A stretch of 64,000 nt of DNA, taken from Bacteroidetes bacterium UBA7662. GTDB lineage: Bacteria > Bacteroidota > Bacteroidia > UBA7662. The first letter of the stretch is position 1, and every line of letters starts with the position of its first letter. Shown here piece after piece: positions 39,241 through 48,532 of the stretch. A program made the translations under genes and the position numbers. The stretch is taken from positions 21,956 through 85,955 of the forward strand of contig DLHS01000016.1 in NCBI GenBank assembly GCA_002483345.1. Direction: 5' to 3'. Below the pieces are notes generated by a model. That model saw nothing but the letters and a program-made list of their open reading frames with translations. It had not been told where the DNA came from and ran no database searches.

Positions 39241-39767
39241 TATTTTGACCACAAAACGATGTGTGCCTGTTTTTCAAAATCATAACCGAAACCATCCTTG
39301 TCAGCTGGCTGTATTGAATATCGGATTTTTCTTTGAATCAACGCTTCTGCTTTGATGACAAGCTGTTCCAGGTAAACCAGGTCAATGTCGCCAACAAGCC
39401 GAAGATCTATGATGCCGGAATCGTGACCCTGGGCATAATCTCCGGTTACAACAGCCAGCTGAAGATTCCCAATTCTTTGGAGCACATTCTCAATAATCTG
39501 GTCGAATCCAAGATATTTCGAGACGATTTTTTTGATCTCATGGTAGATAGGATTCTCGACATCTGCTTTGTACAAGATGGTATTACCTACCGGTTCTGCC
39601 CTTAACAAGCCGGCATCCGTCAGCCTGTTGAGCTCAACACGAACAGAATTCGTGCTCTCGCCAAATTCATCTGCCAGCGAACGCAAATACGCTGCATTTG
39701 AACTATTACTGAAGAACTTCAGCAACAATTTTATGCGGGTTTTAGAAGTAATAAGAGAATCTAACAT
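39240..39767 (-). CDS. wHTH (ArsR-like) DNA-binding protein fused to a nucleotidyltransferase-like domain, first gene of the minus-strand operon
   Basis: N-terminal RIKLLLKFFS...AAYLRSLADEFGESTNSVRVELNRLTDAGLL is a winged helix. C-terminal LAVVTGDYAQGHDSGIIDLRLVGD resembles the GS...D.D minimal nucleotidyltransferase motif. Confidence 0.45.
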   Translation of the reverse strand: MLDSLITSKTRIKLLLKFFSNSSNAAYLRSLADEFGESTNSVRVELNRLTDAGLLRAEPVGNTILYKADVENPIYHEIKKIVSKYLGFDQIIENVLQRIGNLQLAVVTGDYAQGHDSGIIDLRLVGDIDLVYLEQLVIKAEALIQRKIRYSIQPADKDGFGYDFEKQAHIVLWSK

Positions 39768-40291
39768 GTTATTCCGTGCTTCGTATTTGTTCTGTGTACA
39801 TCAGAGACAAATCTGGCAATGCGTATACTGATAATGATTTTGCTAAAATTTTAAACGATCTGTCCTGATAAATATTTGCCCGGCAGCTTAAACTGATGGA
39901 GATACTTTTCAGAAAACATGCTGTTTAGGCCTACAATTGCACAGCTTCGCTTGGTAAGTCCCAGGCCAAAAGGACAGAGTGAGTAATAATTTTACTCAAA
40001 GAAACGACAACAACAGCAATCCACCAAAAATTTGGATTGAATAAATCCGGAAGATGACTGTTAGACGAGGGTCTGAAAGCAGCATCTTTCCGGCACCCGG
40101 TTTGAGCCAGGCGCTGTGATTTTATACCATTAAAAAGGAAAAAGACCTGTCGGATTAATGATTCCCTGCGTCTGAATCTCTTACAGACAGATAAGCATCA
40201 ATGGATTTAAGAGAAACTTCACGCTATCGGTTGTCTGATTTTCTCTGTCCCGGATTGGATTCTCAGGAGCATCCGGCATAATTTGTCAGGG

Positions 40292-41299
40292 TCAGCCGGC
40301 TTTGTAGATGCGTTCTATGATATCTACCACTTTCATTCCTTCAAGTGCATTGGTGGTAACATCTGATTTCCCGTTAAGTACGTCTATGACGTTTTCAATG
40401 ATGAGGTGATGGTTCTGTGCGGAACCTTTGAAAGCCCCGTAGTCATTACCTGGATTTGTCGGGGCAAGTTCCGGTAGTACATAATCCCGGATATGGCAAT
40501 ACTCAACTTTGTCCATGTATTGTCCGCCTACCCTGACAGAACCTTTTTCCCCGATAATGGTAATACTGCTTTCAAGATTTTTATCCCATACAGCTGTAGA
40601 AAAACTAAGAACACCGCTTCCACCGGAGCAAAAATCGAAAGTCACGAGGCCTGAATCGTTGAACTCTGTCAATCCGGCATGATTAAAATTATAAAACCGG
40701 CTGTGGATGTGCTCAATATCTCCGAAAAGCCAGAACATGATATCTATGAAATGGGAAAACTGAGTATAAAGAACTCCTCCATCAAACTTTTGAGTACCCC
40801 TCCAGCTTCCAGGCAGGTAATATCTCTGATCTCTGTTCCAGTAACAATTCAACTGCAACATATAGAGTTTTCCCAATCTCCCTTCCTCTACTATGTTCTT
40901 CAGCCAAACAGAGGGAGGAGAATACCGGTTTTGCATAACCACAAAAATCCTGCGGTCAACCTGCGTTGATAATGAAACTATCTCCTCTGCATCTGCTTTG
41001 CTCAGCGTCATGGGTTTTTCAATCACCACATGTTTTCCGGCTTTCAATGCAGCGATAGCCAGACTGGCATGCAAACCGTTGGGCGCAGCAATGTTAATCA
41101 CATCTATGTCCAGACCTGCTTCCAGACAAGCGGTCAGATCCTGAAATACACGAACACCCTGCTTCCTGAATAATTCCGTTTTATCGGAATCGGGATCAAC
41201 CACAGCTGTGAGTGCTGCCAACGGGTTTTTATTTATTATTTCTGCGTGCCGTTTCCCAATGTGGCCACCACCAACAACAGCGAAATTTATGCATTTCAT
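40292..41299 (-). CDS. Gfo/Idh/MocA-family oxidoreductase (WbpB-like), second copy
   Basis: MKCINFAVVGGGHIGKRHAEII. ATG at 41299 avoids overlap with the upstream acetyltransferase. 335 aa. Confidence 0.8.
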   Translation of the reverse strand: MKCINFAVVGGGHIGKRHAEIINKNPLAALTAVVDPDSDKTELFRKQGVRVFQDLTACLEAGLDIDVINIAAPNGLHASLAIAALKAGKHVVIEKPMTLSKADAEEIVSLSTQVDRRIFVVMQNRYSPPSVWLKNIVEEGRLGKLYMLQLNCYWNRDQRYYLPGSWRGTQKFDGGVLYTQFSHFIDIMFWLFGDIEHIHSRFYNFNHAGLTEFNDSGLVTFDFCSGGSGVLSFSTAVWDKNLESSITIIGEKGSVRVGGQYMDKVEYCHIRDYVLPELAPTNPGNDYGAFKGSAQNHHLIIENVIDVLNGKSDVTTNALEGMKVVDIIERIYKAG

Positions 41300-41300
41300 G

Positions 41301-41891
41301 TTATGATTTCCTTTTAACCGCGCCTGCAATCATTTCGTATTGCTGTCCGCTTTCAGGGCAAATGGCCATGCCAGATGCATCAAAAACAAGTTTGTGGCCA
41401 TACTCACTTACCCAGCCACTTTGTCTGGCAGGATTCCCTACCATCAATGCATAGGCCGGCACCTCCCTGGTTATTACTGCACCTGCTCCAATCAATGCAA
41501 ACTGATGAATGTCATGGCCGCATACAATAGTAGCATTGGCTCCGATGCTGGCTCCCTTCTCTACTTTGGTTTTGACATACGCTTCCTTCCTGCTGACGGC
41601 ACTGCGAGGGTTTATAATGTTGGTGAAAACACAGGAAGGTCCCAAAAAAACATCGTCCTCACAGCTGACACCGGTATACAGACTTACATTGTTCTGAACC
41701 TTTACGTTGTTACCCAGTACTACCCCGGGAGAAACAACTACGTTCTGTCCAATATTGCAATTCTGACCTATAATGCTGCCGGTCATGACATGGCAGAAAT
41801 GCCATATACGGGTTCCGGCACCTATTTCACAGCCCTCATCTATGACAGCTGTTTCGTGTGCAAAATATAATTTGGAATCAGAGTCTGGCAT
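41301..41891 (-). CDS. Hexapeptide-repeat N-acetyltransferase (WbpD-like), second copy
   Basis: 196 aa left-handed beta-helix protein with the same size and architecture as WbpD. Sits between WbpA-like and WbpB-like genes. Confidence 0.75.
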   Translation of the reverse strand: MPDSDSKLYFAHETAVIDEGCEIGAGTRIWHFCHVMTGSIIGQNCNIGQNVVVSPGVVLGNNVKVQNNVSLYTGVSCEDDVFLGPSCVFTNIINPRSAVSRKEAYVKTKVEKGASIGANATIVCGHDIHQFALIGAGAVITREVPAYALMVGNPARQSGWVSEYGHKLVFDASGMAICPESGQQYEMIAGAVKRKS

Positions 41892-43173
41892 CCGCTAAAT
41901 GGCGTGGAATAAAGGCTTTGGTGTCGAAAATAACGGCCCCTTGTGCCTTCATCTTTTCAAAATCTATGCTTTTAAAGCTTTCATGAGAGACAGCCACAAT
42001 AACCGACTGGTACTTTTTATCAACCAACTGCTCTAAAAGATCCAGCTTATACTCGTGTTTAACTTCATCCGCATTTGCCCAGGGGTCATAAACATCTACC
42101 TGCAGGCCAAACTGAACCAATTCATTGTAAATATCGATAACCTTCGTGTTCCGGACATCCGGACAGTTTTCCTTGAAGGTTACTCCCAGAATAAGGGAGT
42201 GCGCCCCTTTGATGGTATGTCCTTTCTGGATCATCAACTTTACGACCTTGTTTGCCACAAACATGCCCATATTGTCATTCACCCTTCTCCCGGAAAGAAT
42301 AACCTGAGGGTGATAGCCCAATGACTCTGCCTTGTGCGCAAGGTAATATGGATCAACACCTATGCAGTGACCGCCAACCAGGCCTGGTTTGTACTTCAGG
42401 AAATTCCACTTGGTAGCGGCTGCATCCAGCACATCCTGGGTGTCGATTCCCATTCTGTCGAAAATAAGCGCAAGTTCATTCACAAAAGAGATGTTCACAT
42501 CCCTTTGTGCGTTCTCAATTGCCTTCGATGCTTCAGCAACCCGGATTGAACTGGCCATGAAAGTTCCTGCGGTAATAATAGAGGCATATAATTTATTCAC
42601 CAGCACGGCTATTTCAGGGGTAGAGCCGGATGTAACTTTTTTAATCTTTGTAAGCGTATTTACTTTGTCGCCCGGATTTATTCTTTCAGGGGAGTAGCCG
42701 CAAAAGAAATCCTGATTGAACCGGAGGCCGGAGAACTTTTCGAGTATAGGCACACAGTCTTCTTCTGTACAGCCGGGGTAAACAGTCGACTCATAAACCA
42801 CGACATCTCCTTTGGAAAGAACTTTGCCAAGCATTTCAGAAGCTTTCAACAGAGGCTTCAAGTCAGGTGCTTTAAAGCTATCAATAGGTGTCGGAACGGT
42901 AACGATGTAAAAATTTCTGTCTTTCAGAAAGGCGGTCTCATGGGAGAAACGTAATCCTGTTTTTGAGTTTTCTCCGGATACAAATACTGCTTTCAATTCT
43001 TCAGGGTCAGCTTCCAGGGTACGGTCTTCTCCCCGTCGAAGCTCTCCGATACGGTCTTCGTTGATATCAAAACCAAGTACATCGTATTTTTTGGCAAATT
43101 CGATTGCCAACGGCAACCCTACATAACCCAACCCAATTATCGCAATTTTCGGCTCAAAAGAATCAAAATCCAT
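41878..43173 (-). CDS. UDP-N-acetyl-D-hexosamine 6-dehydrogenase (WbpA/TviB/WecC family)
   Basis: KIAIIGLGYVGLPLAIEFA NAD-binding N-terminus. 431 aa nucleotide-sugar dehydrogenase. Confidence 0.85.
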   Translation of the reverse strand: MDFDSFEPKIAIIGLGYVGLPLAIEFAKKYDVLGFDINEDRIGELRRGEDRTLEADPEELKAVFVSGENSKTGLRFSHETAFLKDRNFYIVTVPTPIDSFKAPDLKPLLKASEMLGKVLSKGDVVVYESTVYPGCTEEDCVPILEKFSGLRFNQDFFCGYSPERINPGDKVNTLTKIKKVTSGSTPEIAVLVNKLYASIITAGTFMASSIRVAEASKAIENAQRDVNISFVNELALIFDRMGIDTQDVLDAAATKWNFLKYKPGLVGGHCIGVDPYYLAHKAESLGYHPQVILSGRRVNDNMGMFVANKVVKLMIQKGHTIKGAHSLILGVTFKENCPDVRNTKVIDIYNELVQFGLQVDVYDPWANADEVKHEYKLDLLEQLVDKKYQSVIVAVSHESFKSIDFEKMKAQGAVIFDTKAFIPRHLADARL

Positions 43174-43226
43174 TTTCTACTTATTGGCTGCTAAAATAAC
43201 TAATCCTCTTTGATATCCCGAATTCA

Positions 43227-43234
43227 TATCTTTG
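43227..43234 (+). promoter_or_regulatory. Candidate Bacteroidota -7 box TATCTTTG (TAnnTTTG consensus) for the wbpE-ugd-uxs plus-strand unit
   Basis: Located 15 nt upstream of the ATG at 43250, inside the 76-bp divergent region between wbpA-like (-) and wbpE-like (+). Confidence 0.3.
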
Positions 43235-43249
43235 TGCAAAAACAATTTC

Positions 43250-44377
43250 ATGCGTCAGCCTCTTCAGATGGTCGATTTAAAGGCCCAATACGAGCTTATA
43301 CAAACTGAAATCGACCAGGCTGTACTGAACGTAGTACGTTCGACGGCCTATATAAACGGCCCGGAAGTAAAACAGTTTCAGGAAGGGTTGCAGAAATACC
43401 TGGGGGTAGCTCACGTAATTCCGTGTGCCAACGGCACCGACGCCCTTCAGATAGCCATGATGGCTTTGGGTCTTCAGCCCGGAGACGAAGTTATCACGGC
43501 CAGTTTTACCTACGTGGCGACGGCTGAAGTAATCGCACTGCTGAAGCTTACACCTGTTTTGGTTGATGTTGATCCTGTCACCTTCAATATCAACCCTGCG
43601 GAAGTTGAAAAAGCCATCACTCCGCGTACAAAAGCGATTGTCCCGGTACATCTTTTTGGTCAATGCGCCAATATGGAGGCCTTGCTGGCAATCGCTGAAA
43701 AACACAATTTGTTTGTGATTGAGGATACTGCCCAGGCCATCGGTGCCGAATATACTTTTTCGGACGGCCGTAAAGCCAAGGCGGGCACCATGGGTACTGT
43801 TGGTACCACCAGTTTTTTTCCGTCCAAAAATCTGGGTTGTTACGGGGATGGCGGCGCAATCATGACGCAGGATGAACCTCTGGCCAAAAAAATCAGGACG
43901 ATAGCCAATCACGGGCAATCGGTTCAGTACTATCACGATGAAATCGGGGTCAACTCCCGTCTTGACAGTATTCAGGCGGCTGTTTTAAACGTGAAACTGC
44001 CCCATCTCGACAGATACAATGCCTCCAGAAAAGCAGCAGCGGATTTTTATAATCAGGCATTTTCAGGCAATTCCAAATACACGACTCCTGGCCTTGATTC
44101 AAAGTCAACACATGTTTTCCATCAATACACCCTACAATTACACGGTATTGATCGTCAGGGGCTTCGTGACCATCTGGCTGCCAGGCAGATTCCAAGCATG
44201 ATATATTACCCCGTACCCCTGCATATACAGAAGGCCTACAGCAGTGACCGATATCAGCCAGGTGCATTTCCGGTAACCGAAAAATTATGTGCCTCTGTAC
44301 TCTCACTACCCATGCATTCTGAGCTGACATCGGAGCAATTGAACCATATTGTTGCAGGAGTGCTCTCCTATCATTAA
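43250..44377 (+). CDS. DegT-family aminotransferase (WbpE-like), second copy
   Basis: MVDLKAQYELIQTEIDQAV...VIPCANGTDALQIAM. The ATG at 43250 was chosen because the track start at 43232 is a TTG codon. Confidence 0.85.
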   Translation: MRQPLQMVDLKAQYELIQTEIDQAVLNVVRSTAYINGPEVKQFQEGLQKYLGVAHVIPCANGTDALQIAMMALGLQPGDEVITASFTYVATAEVIALLKLTPVLVDVDPVTFNINPAEVEKAITPRTKAIVPVHLFGQCANMEALLAIAEKHNLFVIEDTAQAIGAEYTFSDGRKAKAGTMGTVGTTSFFPSKNLGCYGDGGAIMTQDEPLAKKIRTIANHGQSVQYYHDEIGVNSRLDSIQAAVLNVKLPHLDRYNASRKAAADFYNQAFSGNSKYTTPGLDSKSTHVFHQYTLQLHGIDRQGLRDHLAARQIPSMIYYPVPLHIQKAYSSDRYQPGAFPVTEKLCASVLSLPMHSELTSEQLNHIVAGVLSYH

Positions 44378-44477
44378 TTCAACCCTTGATCATGGGTTAT
44401 GCCCCGCCGGTATTCCCATTGCGTTCATCCATGCCGGGTGGTGCTTATTTTCACCTTGCGCTTCATTCTCCAAGGCC

Positions 44478-44485
44478 TATCTTTG
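44478..44485 (+). promoter_or_regulatory. Second TATCTTTG -7-like box upstream of ugd
   Basis: The same octamer as at 43227. 18 nt upstream of the ugd ATG at 44504, within a 126-bp intergenic gap. Confidence 0.3.
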
Positions 44486-44503
44486 CGCAACCAAAGCTGT
44501 TTT

Positions 44504-45820
44504 ATGAAAATTGTTGTTGTTGGCACCGGTTATGTTGGATTGGTAACAGGCACTTGTTTTGCCGAAGTTGGCATTGATGTAACCTGCATAGACATTGATC
44601 AGAAGAAGATTGATAATCTCCACCAGGGTATCATGCCCATCTATGAACCCGGTCTGGAAGAAATGGTGCTGCGCAACGTTGACAAAGGCCGTTTACACTT
44701 TTCAACCAATTTGAAAGACAGCATTCAGGGCGCTGAAGTTGCTTTTATTGCCGTAGGAACTCCCCCGGGAGAAGACGGCAGTGCAGATTTGAAGTATGTT
44801 CTGGGAGTTGGCCGTGAAATCGGCGAGCATATGTCGGACTACCTGGTTGTTGTAACCAAATCGACGGTACCTGTCGGAACGAGCCATAAAGTAAAAAAGG
44901 CTGTTGCGGATGCATTGGCTGGAAGAAAAGCGCAGATACCTTTCGATGTGGCCTCCAACCCTGAATTCCTGAAAGAAGGGGCGGCCATTGATGATTTTCT
45001 CAAACCCGACCGTATTGTCGTGGGCACAGAAAGCGCCCGTGCGGAAGAGATTATCGGAAAACTTTATAAGCCTTTTGTGATGAACGGCCATCCCATCTTA
45101 TTTATGGATGTGCCGTCGGCTGAGATGACCAAATATGCAGCCAACTCCATGCTGGCTACCAAGATCAGCTTCATGAATGATATTGCCAATCTGTGCGAAA
45201 TCATGGGAGCAGATGTAAATCTGGTTCGGAAAGGTATCGGAAGTGATGCCCGGATAGGCAATAAGTTTATATATCCCGGGGTAGGTTATGGCGGAAGCTG
45301 TTTCCCGAAAGATGTCAAGGCCCTGGTTAAAACCGCCAAGGAGCATGGTTACCAGATGCGGATACTGGAATCAGTGGAGGCGGTTAACGAAGACCAGAAA
45401 CATGTGCTCTCCAACAAAGTCATCAAACATTTTGGCGAGGATCTTTCAGGCAAAACCTTTGGTGTCTGGGGTCTTTCTTTCAAACCAAAAACAGATGATA
45501 TGCGCGAAGCGCCGAGCGTAGTCATCATCAACAACCTGCTTAAGCGGGGAGCGAAGGTATTGGCCTACGACCCTGTAGCCATGTCAGAGGCCCGGCATCA
45601 GCTTCATGACACGATTACCTACAGCAAAAATCAATACGAAGCGCTTGCGGAAGCAGATGCTATGCTGTTGATTACAGAGTGGCCCGAATTCAGATTACCT
45701 GACTTCGAAGAGATGAAGCGGCTGATGAAAGGAAGGGTAATTTTCGATGGCCGGAATCAATACGATACAAGGGAAGTGCAAAAGCATGGATTTACCTATT
45801 ATAGCATAGGGGTACGCTAA
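44504..45820 (+). CDS. ugd: UDP-glucose 6-dehydrogenase
   Basis: MKIVVVGTGYVGLVTGTCFAEVG...GSCFPKDV catalytic Cys motif. 438 aa. Confidence 0.9.
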   Translation: MKIVVVGTGYVGLVTGTCFAEVGIDVTCIDIDQKKIDNLHQGIMPIYEPGLEEMVLRNVDKGRLHFSTNLKDSIQGAEVAFIAVGTPPGEDGSADLKYVLGVGREIGEHMSDYLVVVTKSTVPVGTSHKVKKAVADALAGRKAQIPFDVASNPEFLKEGAAIDDFLKPDRIVVGTESARAEEIIGKLYKPFVMNGHPILFMDVPSAEMTKYAANSMLATKISFMNDIANLCEIMGADVNLVRKGIGSDARIGNKFIYPGVGYGGSCFPKDVKALVKTAKEHGYQMRILESVEAVNEDQKHVLSNKVIKHFGEDLSGKTFGVWGLSFKPKTDDMREAPSVVIINNLLKRGAKVLAYDPVAMSEARHQLHDTITYSKNQYEALAEADAMLLITEWPEFRLPDFEEMKRLMKGRVIFDGRNQYDTREVQKHGFTYYSIGVR

Positions 45821-46094
45821 GCTGCTTACCGGCGCAAAAGGCATTACCCTTTGGCTACCAGAAACAGACCGGAGGGTTCCGTTGTGTTTTAAACACTTAC
45901 CACCAGTATTTTCAGCTCGTTAAACATCCATCCGACGGAGGCTTACCCGGTCATAGCAACATCAGGGAAGGGAAATCTCTCCTTGAAATAAGAAAAGAAA
46001 TAAGCATCTTGAGTTCAGACTATGGCAACTGAAACGCTGCCAATCTAAAATACAGGTACGCAAAACCTCCTTATTACCATTCAACTAATCTCCC

Positions 46095-47078
46095 ATGCCG
46101 CGTATTCTTATCACCGGTGCCGCCGGTTTTCTGGGTTCCCACTTATGTGACCGTTTCATCCAAGAAGGATATCAGGTGGTGGCAATGGATAATCTCATCA
46201 CCGGGGATTTGAAAAACATTGAGCACCTGACACCATTGCCCCAGTTTGAGTTCTATCATCACGATGTTTCGAAATTTGTTCATGTTTCAGGAGCGCTGGA
46301 TGAGATTCTCCATTTTGCATCACCGGCCAGTCCGATCGATTATCTTAAAATACCTATTCAGACCCTTAAAGTAGGATCGTTGGGTATACATAATCTGCTT
46401 GGACTGGCTAAAGAGAAAAATGCCAGAATTCTGATTGCCTCTACTTCAGAGGTTTACGGCGACCCCGACATCCATCCGCAACCAGAAAGTTATTGGGGGA
46501 ATGTAAATCCGGTTGGTCCCAGAGGTGTTTATGATGAGGCCAAGCGTTTTCAGGAGGCTATGACCATGGCCTACCATACCTACCATGGGCTGGAGACAAG
46601 AATTGTCCGCATCTTCAATACCTATGGCCCGCGCATGCGACTCAATGATGGCCGGGTACTGCCGGCCTTCATCGGTCAGGCACTCCGCGGAGAAGATCTG
46701 ACCATTTTTGGAGACGGGAGTCAAACCCGTTCCTTTTGTTATGTGGATGATTTGATTGAGGGTATTTTCCGCCTGCTTAAAAGTGATTATGCCGGACCGG
46801 TCAACATTGGAAACCCGGATGAGATTACCATCCGGCAATTTGCCGAGGAGATTATCAAATTAACAGGTACCAGTCAGAAGATTGTTTATAAGCCGCTGCC
46901 AACAGATGATCCCAAACAACGACAGCCCGACATTAGTCTGGCCAGAAGGTTATTGAATTGGGAGCCGGCCATCGACCGGGCAGAAGGTTTAAGACGTACC
47001 TACGCTTATTTCAAAGATTTACCTCAGGAGGAACTTTACCGGGAGGCGCACGGCAGAAACTTCATTAAGAAAAACTAG
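46095..47078 (+). CDS. uxs: UDP-glucuronate decarboxylase (UDP-xylose synthase)
   Basis: [18 protein letters not shown]...[10 protein letters not shown] matches the UXS/ArnA-C-terminal family closely. 327 aa. Confidence 0.9.
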   Translation: MPRILITGAAGFLGSHLCDRFIQEGYQVVAMDNLITGDLKNIEHLTPLPQFEFYHHDVSKFVHVSGALDEILHFASPASPIDYLKIPIQTLKVGSLGIHNLLGLAKEKNARILIASTSEVYGDPDIHPQPESYWGNVNPVGPRGVYDEAKRFQEAMTMAYHTYHGLETRIVRIFNTYGPRMRLNDGRVLPAFIGQALRGEDLTIFGDGSQTRSFCYVDDLIEGIFRLLKSDYAGPVNIGNPDEITIRQFAEEIIKLTGTSQKIVYKPLPTDDPKQRQPDISLARRLLNWEPAIDRAEGLRRTYAYFKDLPQEELYREAHGRNFIKKN

Positions 47079-47122
47079 ACTGCCGGTGCTCTTTTGGAAA
47101 GGTTATTCTGAAAGAAATTCCT

Positions 47123-47521
47123 TTACTTTTTTCTCATAGACTTAATCAGGATGTAGGAAGACAGGTACTGATTCAGTTTCCGTTTCGGATTGGGCAGATA
47201 TTTCAGGCTATCCTCCCTGACAGCGAAGGCATCACCATTAAATTTGAACGATTTGTCAAACTTAAGGTATTGATGTTCTCTTCTGGATTTTGAATTTGAT
47301 TGCAGAATCAACTTATCCCCTTTTATTTCCCATTTGCCATGGTCTTCAAGAGAACTGCCATCCAGAAACGACTCCCGGTAGGTAAAGGTGTTGTCAGGAT
47401 TCAATTGTAAATCGAGCAATTGGTTCTTGTACTCATCCAGACCTATGTAAGTATGTAAATCAGCCACATTGACAAAGGAGCCGAAGAAGAACCATATTAA
47501 GATAAGCAGGAGCCTGTTCAT
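47123..47521 (-). CDS. Hypothetical secreted protein
   Basis: Signal peptide MNRLLLILIWFFFGSFVNVADL. 133 aa. No recognised motif. Confidence 0.4.
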   Translation of the reverse strand: MNRLLLILIWFFFGSFVNVADLHTYIGLDEYKNQLLDLQLNPDNTFTYRESFLDGSSLEDHGKWEIKGDKLILQSNSKSRREHQYLKFDKSFKFNGDAFAVREDSLKYLPNPKRKLNQYLSSYILIKSMRKK

Positions 47522-47890
47522 ATTAGGTATATTTAAATACAATCCAATTCTGGGAAAAAACTTTCTATAATCAAAGATACGACTGGAAGAGTAAAAGGGT
47601 TGGGTCATGCCTGACCTTTTTCAATTTTTAATCAGATATTAACAATTACGTGACAAATAGGCCTTCACCAATAACAGCGACGCACCTTATAACACTTGTA
47701 CATATCGATTAACAATTATGCATGATAAATTATGGTTCACTGGTCGAATAAAAACCAGGAATCGGGAATCAAATCAGTTATTTCATAAAAAACAAATAAA
47801 TTACAATAATTGGCATAATGATTGATATTGAGTGCTTTCTCAATTTTGGCAGTGTCAGTTTTTATGAAATAACTTTCTGAACTTCGCTGC

Positions 47891-48382
47891 ATGAAAATCT
47901 GGTATGCGCTTTATACCCGTCCCCGCTTTGAAAAAAAAGCACAGCACTACCTTAATTTAAAAGGGATTGAAAGTTATTTACCCCTTACCCGCACCAAACG
48001 AAAGTGGAGCGACCGAATAAAATGGGTGGAGGAGCCGCTTTTCAAGTCTTATATTTTTGTCTGTATTGAGGAAAAGGATTACTACGAGGCCCTCAACACT
48101 CCTGGTATTGTACGATTTGTAACCTTTAACAGCAAAGCCGCCTCAATCCGGGAGCAGGACATACAGTTTCTGCACAAACTATTGGATACTGAATATATGG
48201 TAGAGGTGGTGGGAGCCTCGTTGGAGGCTGGTCAAGATGTAAAAATTGAAAGGGGCCCATTGACAGGTTTTACCGGTACTCTGATTTCCTATGCCGGCGA
48301 TAAAAAGGTAAGGGTGGACGTACTCCATTTGGAGCACTCTCTGCTGATAACAGTCCCGGTAGACTATCTCAGCGTGCTTTAG
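47891..48382 (+). CDS. UpxY-family transcription antiterminator (NusG/RfaH paralog)
   Basis: WYALYTRPRFEKKAQHYL NGN domain plus a C-terminal KOW (GQDVKIERGPLTGFTGTL). 163 aa. Confidence 0.75.
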   Translation: MKIWYALYTRPRFEKKAQHYLNLKGIESYLPLTRTKRKWSDRIKWVEEPLFKSYIFVCIEEKDYYEALNTPGIVRFVTFNSKAASIREQDIQFLHKLLDTEYMVEVVGASLEAGQDVKIERGPLTGFTGTLISYAGDKKVRVDVLHLEHSLLITVPVDYLSVL

Positions 48383-48532
48383 CAAAATTTTCTGAAGACT
48401 TGCAAAGGCCTTTCGGCCCATACAACCTCAATTGAGTTTACATTTAACTACTTTTGCTTCATTATCCCGTTAAATCTATTCCTTCAACTCCAGGTAATTC
48501 CAATATTCATCAAAACCATCCGTTAGCTGCCC

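Noticed and set aside
41340-41870. 176-aa plus-strand ORF inside the WbpD-like acetyltransferase gene
   Set aside because: Antisense overlap. Hexapeptide-repeat genes often give long antisense ORFs.
43277-43936. 219-aa ORF on the minus strand inside the wbpE-like aminotransferase gene
   Set aside because: Entirely antisense to a well-supported DegT-family CDS, with no motif of its own. Typical spurious antisense ORF.
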